The translations under genes and the position numbers were made by a program. 64,000 nucleotides of DNA, from the NCBI GenBank assembly GCA_028534125.1, contig CM052817.1, positions 2,854,001 to 2,918,000 on the forward strand, written 5' to 3'. Below the pieces are notes generated by a model, which worked only from the letters and a program-made list of their open reading frames with translations, made no database searches and was not told the origin of the DNA. Of this stretch, positions 14,581 through 28,400 are shown piece by piece. Each line of letters begins with the position of its first letter. Position 1 is the stretch's first letter. Origin of the DNA: Lama glama. Taxonomy: Eukaryota.

Positions 14581-16428
14581 CACTTGGGGAAACTGAGATC
14601 TAGAGTTGGGGGGCCTAGGCTCCTTGGAGAGAGTGTGGAGCAACGAGAGCCCCCTTTTGAGAGCCTCCTGTGTCCGACCCTGGGCCGAGGGCTTGTCCTG
14701 GCAGGGAGAGGCCGTCACCCCATTTTTCAGGGTGCGACCAAGGCTCCCCAGGCTTGAGTCACTCACAGCTCAGGGTGCTGCCTGACTCCTGTGCCCTTTC
14801 CCTGGAGTTTTTATTGCCACAGACTGCAGTCTGGCCCCTGGCCACGGTGCAGAAACCAATTGGGACAGATGTTTCCCCAGGGGGTAGTTGGACTGGGGAG
14901 GGTGTGTGCATTTAGTGAGCCCTTACTGTGTTGCGTGCTCTCTGCTTGGGGGCGGTCTGTTTCTAGGGACCCCCCCTCCCAGGGGGAAACCGTCCCTCCT
15001 CCCCAGTTGAGGAAGGAGAGACCACATTGGCAGTGGGAGTTGGGAGGGTGGCTGAGAGCAAGTGGCAGGCTGTGGGAGGCAGAAAGCTCTAGAAGAGGAT
15101 TTCTGAAATGTCCAACCTGTTTTCTGGAGGTGGCTGGGAAGCAGGGCACCCTGAGACTTGGCAGAGCCTCCAGACACATTTATCTAATGGCAGGTGGGGA
15201 TAATGGCGGGATGCAGGCAGGGTAATTTTAGGCTTTCTGTGGCTGTAATTGATACCTCCGGTCTCTCCTGTAATCAGGGGGAGCCCTGGAAAGGAGCACT
15301 GGCGTTCCCCCTCCTCGTTTGTGGTTGTCCTGGGAGAAGGGGTGTGTGAGCACCAGGGGCCATGGGGGATCATAGTCAGAAAGAGCTAGGAGCCTGAGTT
15401 TGTCCACCCGGTGGTCCGGAATGCATCACGGCACCTTCCTGAGCTTGGCTTTCCTGCTGTGTAAAGCAGTATTGCTGGTTCCTGGAGAGGAGGAGGTATG
15501 AGTGAGAAATCCCACACATGATAGGTCCTCCCTCAGGAGCTTGTAATGGGCAGTAAACCTCAGCCTTTCTGAGTTAATCCAGCCCTTTGGAACCGGCAGT
15601 GGGCCTGCGCTCCTCTCCACCTGGAGACCTGTCTCCAGCTGATTAGTCACACAGTAGTATTTCTCACCCACAGGCATGGTGGGGGCCAGCAGACGATGGT
15701 TCCTTGTGCCTGGCACTTGGGCTCTAACATCTGGCTGCTGTGCACATCTGGCAGGTCAGGGGCTTCCATCATGAGCAAGGTCTGGTCCCTTGACAGCCCT
15801 CCCCGCAGAAGGCTGGCATCATTCCGGAGCTCAGCACCAGCATGTGTGGCTGGGATCACATGGTCCAGTTTCCAGCTGCCCAGACGAGCCGGATGGTCAG
15901 AGCCTGAGGCGACCTGTGCAAGCACCCTGGGTGGGAGGCTCCCCTTTGTACTATTGGGGCTGCAGGTGTGTCTTTCTTCCGTCTGGTGACACAGGGTGCC
16001 TTTGCAATGGCTCTGGTATGGCCGCATGCAGTTGCCTGCTTGTTTTGTCACATTGTTGATTTCAAGTGACTAGAGAAACTGTTTAAGTCTCACCAGGGCG
16101 AGGTGGGAGGGGAGGGCATTCTGCATCAGAGAGGCCTGCATCCAAATTGAGCATGCTAGCTGTGAGCTTCCTGGGCCTCAGTTTCCCTGCGGTATGGCGA
16201 GAAAGCCTTTAGCTCTGTGTGCAGGGCTGGTGAGTGTGGGTGTGGCTTCATAACATCACAGCCCACGTGGTCACGGCAGGGCAAGGTGGGGCAGAGGACT
16301 GAACCTGCGCTGGAGGGGCTCTGTGGCAGCTCTGCCCCCGCTGGGCACCTGGCGCATGCTCTCTTTGAGCCTACGTGTCTGGCAGGTAGGATTCCCCTCC
16401 GTGATCAGAGGTTCGTGGTAGGCGGGGG

Positions 16429-16710
16429 TGCGTTAGTCGGCTAGGGCTGCCCTAACAAAGTAACTACAGACCGTGCAGCATGAACGACAGAAATTTATCT
16501 TCTCACACTTCTGGAGGCCAGAAGTCTGAGATCAGGGTGTGGGCAGGGTTGGTTTCTTCTGAGGCCTCTCTCCTTGCCTTGTAAATGGCCATGTCCTCCC
16601 TGTGTCCTCACATGATCTTCCCTCTGTGTGCCTGTGTCCTAATCTCTGCTTATAAGGACACCCGTCATGTTGGATTATGGATTTAGGGGGATGCAGTTCA
16701 GCCCAAAACA
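16429..16710 (-). mobile_element. ERVL-MaLR LTR (MLT1A-like), internally deleted
   Basis: AGGGCTGCCCTAACAAAGTA...ACAGAAATTTATCTTCTCACACTTCTGGAGGCCAGAAGTCTGAGATCAGG...TATAAGGACACC...TTCAGCCCAAAACA. Confidence 0.8.
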
Positions 16711-19700
16711 GGAGCACAGGGTCCGGTGGAGAGCTGCTGGCCAGCGCAGCTGTTTTCTCTTCCCATGGTGGCTGTGTCAGGATCACAGGGCTGGAAGGAA
16801 CATGAACGATGCTCCAGTCCAAAGCCACCCACCTAGAGGGGAACTAGGTCCCAGGGAGGAGAAGGCAGCATCCGGGGTCCAGGAGAGCATGCGGCAGAGG
16901 CGGAGCCTGAGTCCTGGTCCCCTGCTCTGGTTGGCACAGCACCGGCATCCAGAACAGAGACACATTTCTGATCCAAGTGTGTCTCTCCTGTAGCCACAGA
17001 GACATTCACCTTGGCATTCCTAAGATCAGCAGAAAGTCAGAAACTGGCTGAACATGGAGGGGAGCCATGGGATATTAGTCAGCCACGCCATCATTCCTCC
17101 AGGCAACAGGTGTTTACTGAAGGCCTACTGTGTGCCAAGCACAGCTCCAGGTGCACCACAGACGAGAGCGAACAACATCTGTGCCCTCCTGAAACATGCT
17201 CTCTGGGGTGGCAGGAGCATCTGAGTTCACTGGGTGATGGGAGGTTTTCACGTTAGGAGAAAGTGCTGGAGAAAAGCTTAATCTAGAAAACAGCTGAGGA
17301 CAAAAACTGTGTATCCGGTATGACCTCAACTCTGCAAAACAGTGGAGACTAGAAGGAAGTGCGTCACGATGTCCACAGGGTCCTCCTGGGTTGGAGGCGG
17401 GGGAAGAGCCAGGCGCCCCCCAATCTGCATCTTTATACTTTCTGTGACATCCCCAGTTTTCTTCACTGCATGTCCTTTTCTTATTCAACAAAAAATCAAC
17501 TGAAACAGGAAGGCGTTGCTTCCAGGTCCCAGGCAGGCGCATGCTGGTTTGGGAGTCCGTGACTCGGGGAAAGGTCCGGCAATTCCACCCTCGGGGCCCT
17601 CTGTCCTTGGCTGGGGGGGAGGTGTCCCAGTTGGCAGTGTGCAGATTTTAACACAGGTAGTGGCACTGGTGCCCAGTTTCTACGTGTGACCCCATGTGAA
17701 TTAGGTTCGACAGAAGACGTATCGTCCTGACCCAGAAATTCATCTGAAATTGCATCTGAAAAGGATGGCCCAAGAACCAGCGAGCATTCTCCAGCTCAGC
17801 CTGGGCATCCTGAGCTCCGAACTGTTTGTCCCTCACATCCAGGGGTCCAGGGTCACTTCCTAACTTGCCACCCAAGATTCTCCGGTTTTTTATGGTTTCT
17901 GTCGATGAGGTAGTGTGGGGGTAGATGGCGTATTTTCTAGACCCAAGCCTGATTCTGGTGAACTCATAACAAAGTCCAATCTTAACTGTCCCAGAAGAGG
18001 GAGTGTGACCCTCACTATGGAGAAGTCGCCTGTCTGAAGTCACCTGTCTGACGCCCTGACTGTCCAGAGCATCATCTGGATTGTGGGAGAGCTGGGAGCT
18101 GGCGAGAGGAAACCGGCAAGACTGATGGTGGAGCGAGAGGCCGGAGGGGTCCTGCCTGTGGAGGAGGGTCTGTCTGGCCACGGATCCTCCGGGCCCGGCC
18201 AGCTGCCAGGGCTCAGCTGCCCACCCGGTGCTTGGGCCCAGAGCCCAGACGGCACGGTCCCTGCTCTGCGCAGACGTGCGGCTTCCTTGCGCCCCTCACA
18301 ATGTCCCTGCCTCGGCCTTTCCTGCGCTCGAGTCCCTTGGGCTCAGGGTCTGCCGCCTGCTGGCAGGGGAGTGTCTCGTCTTCCCTCCCTGTGCTCCCGA
18401 TGCCGCCTCTCCGTGGGGTCTCCGTAGGGACCGGAGGTGCCAAGTCCTGGTGCTCAGGAGGGGATAGAAAAGCAGTCAACATAGTTGTGACAGGAAAACT
18501 GGGGCGGGGTTCAGATGGCAGCTGGTATTTTTTGATGATGATTCTGTGACCTTGAGAGCTACTGAGGGGGCTGGTCAGATGTGAGTGACAGGCTACCCTG
18601 AGCAGCAGCCTCGGGCACTCGGATGTGGGGCGGAGCAACTGGAGTGCAGCGTCTCTGTTTACTCAGGGATGTTTCCATCACCGAGGTCTCTAAGGTGTCG
18701 AGCAGCACCCTACTTCAGTGTCAGGCAGCTGTGGTCATGGGTCCTCCCTTGGGCCCTGCACCAGCCACCTCAATGCCCCTGGGATCCTTCTCAGAGCTGC
18801 TGGGGTGTCCCCACCCGCAGATGGAGAAGCAGATGCCCAGGAGGGCTGGTCAGGTGCCTGGCAATCATGTCACACCATTTGTAAATGACATAGTCGGATT
18901 TGAACCCTGGTGTGCCCAGATGTGTCCCCAGCTGGGTGGGTGTCACCTGTCCCCTCCATGTTAGCCGGCTGCGAAGGCAGCTTCGTAATGTGTGGCTGGG
19001 TGCTGGGGTGTGTAAGCCTTGGCCAATGCTCTCTAGTGTGAGTGAGGGGCTCCCACCCGTCTTCTCACCTGAGCTCTAAAGCACGTTCCCCCTTCCAGGC
19101 GCGGCACCTGCCCACCCGTGTCCAGGAAGGCAGAGCCAGACCCAGCCCAGCTCTGTCTGCCCCCGAGCGTGTGCTCCTTCCTCTGCCTCCAGTAGGGCTC
19201 CTGCCTGGGGTCATGGTGCAGACCCAGGAATCCACCCTCCAGCAGCTCAGACCATGAGAGACTTTGACCAGATCAAGCTCCTGGCTCCCTGTAACCTTGA
19301 CTCCTAGCCCCAGCTCTCCCCTCTGCCGCATCCTTGAGGCCTTCCAGAGCTGTCGTTCCTGCTGGAAGCAGCATCACTTCTGACCTAGGCCTCTCCAGCC
19401 CGGCCCCCAGCCCCCGGGCCAGCTCCTCCGGCATCAACCAGCCCCATCAGTGCCTGAGCCCCACCTGCCGGGGCTGTGTGACCTTGGGTGAGCCGACTCC
19501 CCTCTGTGGGCCTCAGTGGACCTGCCTGTAAAAATGGGGCCCACCGTCATCCCCAGGGTGTGACCTGCTTTCTTCTGATAACCCTGCCCACCCCCACCTG
19601 CTGTCCCCAGAGATCTTCTGAGTTTGACTTTCAGCCGTTGTTTCAGAGAAACAAACCATGTTAGCCCCGAGGGCTCAGACCACCCTTCTGTGCCACGTGG

Positions 19701-21933
19701 ACCTCATCTGACGATTTCACGGCGGGGAGCACTTTGCCCTTTACACCGAGGGCCATGGTGTGAGGAGGCTTCTCTGCAACACCCCCAGGAAATGACGTCT
19801 ATGGATTCCCGCCTGGTACCCACGCTGGGAGAGCGGCTGGGCCCGTGTCCACGGGAAGGGCTGGGGCGGGTGCAGGGTGTGCTTTGAGTTCTCTGGCCCT
19901 CACTTTTCCTTTGGTTCAGCCACCACAAGCCCTGGGGGTACCTTCTGCCCGCGGTGGGCTTCCAGGCTAGGGGAGAGCCAGGCGCGTACTTAACAGGTTC
20001 TGTTGCAAATGACATGTTCAGGGGTTTCATGTGCCACTTTGCTTTGGCTGAAAATTTCTAAGCAACGGGGGAGGTGGTCTTGATGTCTTAGAAGGTGCAG
20101 CCAGCGGCTTCGGGGTCCGGACGCCTGGGCTCCAGGCGCAGCTGTCACCTGCCGGCGCGCCCCCGCAGCCGGTTTGCAGAGCTGCTCTTTACCTTGGTTT
20201 CCCCACCTGCAGGGTGGAGACAACAGTGCTTGCTTTTCAGGACTGCTCACAGCCGTGGTGTCAAGGGCCTGGGGCGGTTTTTGTCACAACTGCACGCACT
20301 CTCCAGGGCTCTGGGCAAACCTGAGGTTGCACCCTGCAAGGTCCCCTGTGGCATCAGCTTACACCTCAGCCAGCTCGCAGCTCTTCCTCTATTGCTGGTT
20401 CTGCTCCCTCCCCCGCCCAGTCCAACCGGTCCTGTTTACACCCCCTGCCCAGGGCCCAGGGCCAGGAGAAGCCCATCCCCCAGGAAGCTGCCCTCTCCTG
20501 GTCATTAGCGGTGGTGTCGGCCTCACGAGGAGGGTATTTGGGCATTCGGTCCCAGCTCTGAGCCTCACCAGGGTTGCGTTCTGCGGGGCTCCACCTGTCT
20601 CTTGCACGTAGCAGGCGCGCCGGACGTCCTGGGGCTTGGGTTTCTTCATGCACAGAATGAGAAGTTGGAGACGTGATCCGGCAATCCGATTCCAGCCAGC
20701 ACACCAAGAAGCCAGCACCCAGTGTCACTGCGGTGCAACACTCTGGGCGGTCCCCGCTGGGTGTCTGTCCTCAGGGCTGGGCTGGGCTGGGCTGTGTGGA
20801 CCCTCCCCTCCAGCATCTACACAGGCTGCCTCCTGACAGGTGCGCTGTGAGGGTGAATGAGGGATGCAGCTCAGGTCCCTGCTTCATGCTCAGCCTCCTG
20901 GTCTGTTTGCTTGTATCCTGGCTCAAGGGCTCCCAGCCAGGCTCCCTCTGACCCTGCTGCTTCTGCTCGGACTTCCTCGGCCCCAGGATCTTGCTGGAAA
21001 GTTCTGTCTCCAAGGCCCCAGTTGGTGCTGCAGTTGGACGTGAAGTTCCAAGAAGGAAGAATTGCAAAGACCACCCCGTGGCCCCCACTTCAGTTTGGCA
21101 GCCGAGTTTCAGATGCTCCAAGGTGGTCCGAGCCCCTTGCCCTGCAGCTGTCTCCATTTAAGTTCCAAGTGACAGGGACGTGGGTGCAGGTGGTTTATCT
21201 GGAAAGTGGTCCCAGGAAGCACAAGTGGTCGGGGAGGAACGGGCATTTGGATGGGTGGGTGGCCTCTGTGGGCCGCGGGGGCGCGGTCCTCCTGGGGGGC
21301 CCTGCAGAGCGTCCTCAGAGCCGTCTCATCAAGGGTGGGACTCTAGGGCTCTTGTCTTCTGGGGCAGAGGCCTGGTCCTGGTGTGTGGGGTCCTGAACCC
21401 CACACTGCGCTATGTACAGCCATGGTAGGGGAGCCGGGAGGCGGGGTGCGGGCGGGTGTCACCGCACAGTCGCAGAACCCACAGCGTCCCCCGTAGCGGA
21501 CCAGATGTGGTCCAGCCTCAGCCTGGATCAGGGCCGCCTCTGTTGCCAGGCGTCAGCAGCCCCTCCGGGGCTCACGGCCATCCCATGAGCGATGCTTGTT
21601 CACTCTCTCAACAACTATTTACTGAACACCGGCTGTGTGCAGGGCCATGCCCTTGCTGCTGACCCCCAGACGCTTGTGTTGCTTGTGTTTCTCCTGCCAC
21701 CTTCTCCCGCCCTCCCCTCCCCCAATCATGGAATTCCTTGTCCTCCTCTGTCTCCCACGCTCCCACTAGAACATCCATGACTATTTCCTCCACTCCTTTA
21801 GGGCCCTCCCCACGCAGGACCGGAGGGCAGGAGACAGAGCCCAGGGTTCCGCAGAGGACTTGTGTCTGGTCCTGGCTGCTGTGTGGCCTGGGGCTAGGCA
21901 CTGCCCCTCTCTGAAATGCCTCATCTCAGATGC

Positions 21934-22200
21934 TGTGGGCGGCACTGAACAACAGCCCCCCAGTGATGTCCCTGTTCTGATCCCTAGAATCTGTGACTAT
22001 GTCACCTTACATGGCAAAAGGGATTTTGAGGATGCGATTAAACTAAAGATCTTGCAATGAGGAGATTATGCAGTGGGGCCTATTTCACTGCAAGGGTCCT
22101 TCCAAGGAGGAGGCAGGAGGGTCAGAGAAGAGGGGTGCCATGACGGAAGCAGAGGTCAGAGGAGAGAAGATGCAGGAAGGTGTCTTGAGTCAAGGCAGGC
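21934..22200 (+). mobile_element. ERVL-MaLR LTR fragment (MLT1D-like)
   Basis: GATCCCTAGAATCTGTGACTATGTCACCTTACATGGCAAAAGGGATTTTGAGGATGCGATTAA...GGAGATTAT. Confidence 0.75.
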
Positions 22201-23561
22201 GGGCGGCCTTATTTTGCAAATGGAAGGCTGTTCCGACACCTCTGAGGGACGTGATGCAGTGTCATTTCAGGGCACATGGGCAGCCGGGGCTCCTGCCCCT
22301 CCCGGCCGCTGGCTCGAGGCAGGTCACTGAGCACCTGCGAGGGTCAAGGAGGATACAGCATCATGGAGAACCGCCCGCTCGGTGCTGCGGCCTCACGCTG
22401 CCGGGGCCTGGGGTCGCCCGGCTCAGGACCTGGCCGGCGCACCATGTGGCTGCACCCCTCCTGACTGGGGGATGTGTCCAGACTTCTCTGAACATTCCGA
22501 GTGCTACCCCTAATTGTTTGCGGTTTACTGACAGGGAAACTGAGGCTGGACCTCAGGGATGTGCCTGGTAACTTGACAGCCAGGATTCTAGCTGGCAAGT
22601 TCCCAGGTCCAAAACCCTCATGGCCTCCTGCTGGCATAACCCTCTTAGATGTGAGGGGGCTTCCCTCTGCTGTTCCCGGAGCCAGCACCTGAACCCCGGG
22701 TGTGTGTGGGACTTTGAGTCATCCACATCTGCAGGTCCTGAAACCACGCACTCTGCCAGCTCATCCCCTGGAGAGAGCCACAGTCTGATGCCCCCGGGTG
22801 TGCGGGGAGCCCAGGGGAGTGAGACACGTGAGTGGTGCCCAGGGGGTTGGAAGGCCCGGTACAAGCACAGGCGGGCAGTGGGGAAGCGAGGGGCCTATGA
22901 GGATCCACAGACAGTCCAGCATGGCTGGAGCGAGGGAGCCACGCTGGCTCCTGGCCCTCAGGACCCTCTGTGACACTTCTCGTCAGTGGACCTGATCCAG
23001 TGGTTCTCCTCCAGCTCTGAGATCGGGCCTCATCTGCCAAGTGCTTGGGGAGCAGTTGTGGGGTGCAGAGTTACAAGCATCGGGTCCCTTGGGCATATCC
23101 CCGACGTGCTGTGGAAATCAGGAAACATGATAGGTTTGAAAAAGCCCAGCGTCCAGCCCGGTGCCTCCCTGGCTGCCTCCCATGGGTGCAGGTGTGGGTG
23201 TGGGGTGCAGCATCGAGCAGGGGGTGCAGATCAGGTGTGGGGAGGGTCTGAGTGCTAAGGTTGAAGGATGGCACCGCCCACCCTCCCCTGGGCTGCCTCT
23301 GGAATCCTTGGGCCAGACCCCCACCCCGCTGGACCTCACTGCTGCCTTGCCTGCTGTCTCCTGCCAGCCCTTTCACCCCGCCGACTGATTCCCGGCCCGC
23401 TGGCCAGGCTGGGCCCCTCTGCCACCCTGCAGGGCCCGGGGCTGCCACTTGAGAGCTTTGTGCTGCCCCTGTCACTGCGGCCTCTGCCCGTCCTCCATCG
23501 GCCCCCATCTGTTGGGAAGGCCGTGGGGTTGGCAGAGGAGGAGTCAGCCTCCATCCTGGGG

Positions 23562-24075
23562 GTGTCCAGTAAAAGGGCTGCTGTCACCAAGGACCATAAA
23601 CCTCGGGCTTAAAACAACAGTAATTTACCCTCTCACAGTTCTAGAGGCCCAACCCCAGAACCCACGTCACTGGGCTGAAGTCAAGGTGTCGCCAGGCTGT
23701 GCCTCCTCCAGAGGCGCTGTGGAGAATCCACTCCCAGCCCTTCTGGCGTCGGTGGCTGCCGGCACTCCTTGGCTTGTGGCTGCATCACCGGCCTCAAGGC
23801 CGGCACCTTCAGTGCCTTCACACCCCTCTCCAGCCCATCCTCACATGCCTCCTCCTCCGTGTGTGCAGTCCCATCTCCCTCCGCCTCCCTAGGGTGCTTG
23901 TGACTACATTTAGGGCCCACCTGGAATTTCAGGAGACTCTCCCCTGCTCCAGGTCCTTTACTGTATCCCACCTGCAAAGACCAGCCCATCTTTTAACCGT
24001 ATAAGGTCACGCTCACAGGCCCTCAGTATTAGAACGTGGATGTGTTTCGGGGGGCACGTTATTCAGCACACCCTA
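23562..24075 (-). mobile_element. ERVL-MaLR LTR (MLT1C/D-like)
   Basis: GGCTTAAAACAACAGTAATTTACCCTCTCACAGTTCTAGAGGCC...CTCCTTGGCTTGTGGCTGCATCAC...ATTTAGGGCCCACCTGG...TATAAGGTCAC. Confidence 0.8.
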
Positions 24076-24465
24076 GGCAGCTTCTCAGACATTCTGGGAC
24101 TCACCTTTCCGCCCCACCGTGGGGGCTCTGGAAGAGCTGAGGGTCTGCGAGAAGGGTGTTACTCTTATAGCTGTTACTGCTAAGCCAGCTCGCTGTAAAC
24201 ATCCCCAGCCCCCAAGCTAGGCGCCATCAGGGACGCTGACTGCTGTGCGCACGGTCTCCGGGAGAGCAGTCGGGCGAGGCGCACTGAGCCTCAAGTGCAT
24301 TCGTGCCTTTGGTCGGAGAAGGCTGCTTCTGGGAATCTTCCAGAGAAGGGTTCTGAACACAGATGTGAGTTTTGGGTGAAAGGTTGTCCACTGCAGGGTC
24401 ACGTACTCTGCAGGGGGCGTGTTCAGCCACGGACACTGGGTCAGTAAATCACCGTCCGTCTGCAG

Positions 24466-24927
24466 CAGCCTTTCTTCAACTTCGGGGGCTTAGGACCCCT
24501 TCACTCAGAATTACTGAGGACCCCAAAGAGCTTTTAAGTGCATTGTATTTACTGATCTTTACTGTAGCAGACTTCAAAATGGTGAATTTTTAAACGTATT
24601 TCATTCACTGAGTTAGAATAATAGCCCTTTGTATGTTAACGTACCGGCGTTTCCAGGGAACAGAATGGCATTGCTGTACAGTTTTGCAGATCTCATTAAC
24701 GTCTGACTTAATAGTCGGTGGCTGGAGCTTGCATCCGGCCTGTGTTCTGTCAGCTGGGATGCCACATGTCACGGGGCCTCTGGAAAACTCTGCTGCACAC
24801 TGGGGAGAGAGGGAGCAACAGAGGAAAATAATATCTCAATTCAATTATGAACATGGCTTTGACCCCACCGGCACCCTGCTAGGGTCTTGGGGACCCCAGG
24901 GTTCCTAGACGACACTTGGAACTGGTG
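24466..24927. mobile_element. hAT-Charlie DNA transposon remnant (MER119/Charlie1-like)
   Basis: Left end TTAGGACCCCTTCACTCAGAATTACTGAGGACCCCAAAGAGCTTTT and right end GGGTCTTGGGGACCCCAGGGTTCCTAGACGACACTTGGAACTGG resemble the recalled consensus termini. Confidence 0.7.
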
Positions 24928-25363
24928 ATAAAATATGGAGTATTATGCAGTCATTAAAAGGCTCGTGACAGACTAGTACAATGCACTTGTCCATGCCGGT
25001 GATGAACAAAGAATGTAAGGTCACAATTTTATATACAGTTTCATCTGCAGAATATGCAGGAAAACAACACACTGGGAGAAAATAGATAAAAATTCAAGAG
25101 TTATGGACAACTGTCCCTTTTCACCTAATGCTTGGCTGCTTTCTTGTCCCTGCTTACTCATTTTAGGGCTGTGCGGGGGACGGGGTTTTGATCGGCACTG
25201 GGTCTCAAGAGGCTTGATGCGCGAGCAGCTGTCCGCCCCGCTGGCAGCTGCCGGCTTCTGCTCCAGGGACGACATTCTCTATTTTGGGAGGTGGACTTGC
25301 ACCGCGGAACTAGGCTTGTGAGTGGCATTGATGTGAGTGGTGATACAAACACAGGCGTTTAAC

Positions 25364-25406
25364 GTGTGTGTGTGTATCTGTGTGTGTGTGTCTGTGTGTG
25401 TGTGTG
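25364..25406. repeat. Interrupted (TG)n microsatellite
   Basis: GTGTGTGTGTGTATCTGTGTGTGTGTGTCTGTGTGTGTGTGTG. Confidence 0.95.
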
Positions 25407-28400
25407 GTCTTGGGGTCACTTAGTCTACTGTTATAGAGCGGAGCTCTTTGTGGCTGATGAGGAGCTGGGAGCTGGTCTGAAATTCCACATCCTCTGCCAG
25501 AACCTTGCCCCGGCAGGGCTCCAGCAGAGAGCTAAATATACCCTGGGTGTGCGCTGGCAGCCCAGGCGCCCAGCCCCCGCCGGCCGCAGAGCAGAGCTCA
25601 GGGGACTGATCGATTTGTCTAATAATAAAGACCGACGTCCGCCGTTCATGAAGCATCCAGCGACACCGGGCGGGGCAGCGGGGCTGCCCGGGCTCTGTCT
25701 TTAATGCTGCAGGTCCATGTGGATGGGGATTCCTGCTCCCCATTTGCAGACAAGGGCAAGCGACTGAGACAGGAGGCGTGACCTTCCCAAGGTCACACGG
25801 CTGGTAAGGGGGAGGTGCCCGGGTCCGGGAGCGCCCCGTGCCGCCTCCCCGCCCCTGAAGAGCGTGTGTCTCCCCACTGGGTTCTTCGGAGTTGAGGAGG
25901 ATTGTTACGCTTTCCCAAGAACTTTCGTCTTGCAGGTGGAAAAGAACAGAGGTAACAATTACAATAGCAGCCCCCGACAGTGCAGCCGCTGAGCCTCCTG
26001 ACACTGTTAGGGTGGCTTCCATGACTGCCCATTTTACAGGTGGGGACACGAAGGCCAGGTGACCTTGAGAAACCTGCCCCGAGGGAGGGCCCAGCTGGTG
26101 GGAGAGCCGCGTCTGAACCCAGGCAGCCTCCTCCCAGCTCCTGGCTTCTGCTGAGCTCCGTGTCGCTCCCTCCCCTCCCTCGCCACCCGTGGGAAATGTG
26201 GGCCGCCCCACTCCCCACGCGGCCGGGCCTGGGTTCACGTGCCGTCCGAGGGCCTGCTGTTCTCCTCCACACCTCGCCTCGCCGAGTGGCCGGCTGCTGC
26301 TCCGCCAGCTGGGCTGGGGCGTGGCTGGACTGGATGACACTGTCACCAGGAGGAGGCGCTGGCGTGGGGGTGTGGGACAGCATTCTGAAAGGGACTTTTA
26401 GAGAAACTATCCTCTTTTTTGCTCAAAATATGACCCACAGCCGCCAAGACTGGCACCTTGGGAAGGATGTCTTGTTGGAAATGGGGTCTTGCTGGTCCTT
26501 CCTGCCCTGCCCCTGGGGGCTGCCCCCCCACCGATGCCCTGCTCTGAGCTTTCCTGCCTGCCTTCCCCTCACTCTGTGGGCACCCCTGAGCCCGGCAGGA
26601 GACCCCAAAAGGGCTCTGCTCTGGATGTGGGGGTGCGGTGGGACAGTCGGGCCTCAGCCTGCCTCCTAACCATGGCATCTCCTGGGGAACCCCTGAAAGC
26701 AGTCTGCAGGGAGGGGGTGGCGCCTCGAATCCCACCCCCCAACCAAGTGCCTGTTTCCCTTGCGAGGCCCTGCCTCTGCCTGGGGCGGCCAACTCCGGGA
26801 AGGGCGCCCCTTTCACGGCAGAGCCCGCCCTCTCCCTGGGCCGCGCGGGCCAGCCAGCCCGGCGCCCACGAGGCGGGGAGCAGAGGCAGTGCTTCCATCT
26901 GAGGGCACGGCCGGGCCCCGGAGGTGACCCTGACGCTGCTCCTCCCTCCTGACGCTTCTAGCCAAGTGAGAAACACAGACAGCATGTGATGAAAACACAG
27001 CCTGAGAAAGCACTTGATCAGCATGGTGGCCTGTCCTGGGGAGGGCCGGGCCCCAGGGGGAAGCGGCACCTTCCTTCAGCCCCCTGGGGGTCGAGGCGCA
27101 GCCCCTGGCTTGGAAGCCTGGGCACCCCCCCACACACTGGCCACGCAGCAGGGACGCCCACGACCCAGGGCTTGGCAGCCCACCCCTCGAGCCCTTGCCA
27201 CCCAGACCCTGCCCTGTGTGTTGTTTCATTCGAGAGAGCAGACGGCTTGGGACAGACGTGGCCTCTTCTGAGACTTACCACATCTTACTAAACCTGGTAG
27301 CTCTCAGGTTCTGGGATGGGGAGGACGCCCGTGATTCTGGGTGACGAGGTGTTTACCTGCTGCCTCTGAGGTGGGAGCCACGGCAAATGCCACATGCTCA
27401 CCCTGGAGGCTGGGGCCCCTGCCCAGCCCCCGCTGGGCCATGTCGGGCAGTGCCCTCTGGAAGTACAGTCTGGCCAGGGGGGCTGGCCTGGGAGCGGATG
27501 ATTACAAGGGCGGGCTTCAGTGCCATGTAGACTGGAGAGACCTAGAGACGCAGAGAAGGGGCTCGGGCCAGGACGGAGACCCTGGCAGCGGCCCGGCCCT
27601 CACCGCCCCAGTTCTGGGAAAGACGGTTACGCCAGGAATAGAACTTTTTTATTTCCCACGGCACCACCCGACTCTCGGGGCTGCAGCAAGTTGGAGGGGA
27701 ATGACACTAGTGGCCGGGATCTGTGGCCTGAGGTAGGTGGGGACAGTCACTGGCCGCCTGGGTGGCATCAGGATGGCAGCGCCCCACAGCGCTTCCCTCT
27801 GCAGCAGCGACCCGGGTGTTGGTGTCACTTCCTGCTCAGAGCCAGGGAGCAGGGGCTCACGCCCAAGGCGGTGGACCCACGCAATGTGCAGGCTGCTCGC
27901 TGGGACGTTTGGAAGTCTGCTTGGCCCCAAGCATGCAGACAAGAGAAATTTCACAATGCAGCCCTTGCCCTGGCCTGGCAAGTCAGCGTCTTGTCCCAAG
28001 TTCTCATTTTACAGGAGGATGGGGCGGGGAGCGGCCTGGAGAGCTGGAGGTCAGGTGTAATGACCTTGCAGGAGGCGCCCACACTTGTGGATTGGCTGTG
28101 CCCAGACTTGCAGACAGATCTGCTCGTGACACTGAGCACAGCCTGATCCACGCTCCCTTTGTTTCTGGAAGCGGAATTATTCCAATATTGATTACTTGGC
28201 TCTGCTTGAGAAAAGAGACCCGATTTCCATTTATATTTGGCAAAGGCCGTCTCCCTGGGTGCCCAAGAGCTTCTGCGGGAGGGCAAATGAATTGCAGGGC
28301 AGGCTCTGAAGGAGGCCTTGTGTGGCTGAGGTCTTGCCGAGGAGGGAGAGGGGCCGGTGATTTACCTGTTGGGCACGTTTGGGGCCCAGACTTGTAGATA

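Noticed and set aside
25420..26669. Overlapping 200-300 aa ORFs on both strands
   Set aside because: This is GC-rich intron with MIR fragments. There is no domain or splice support.
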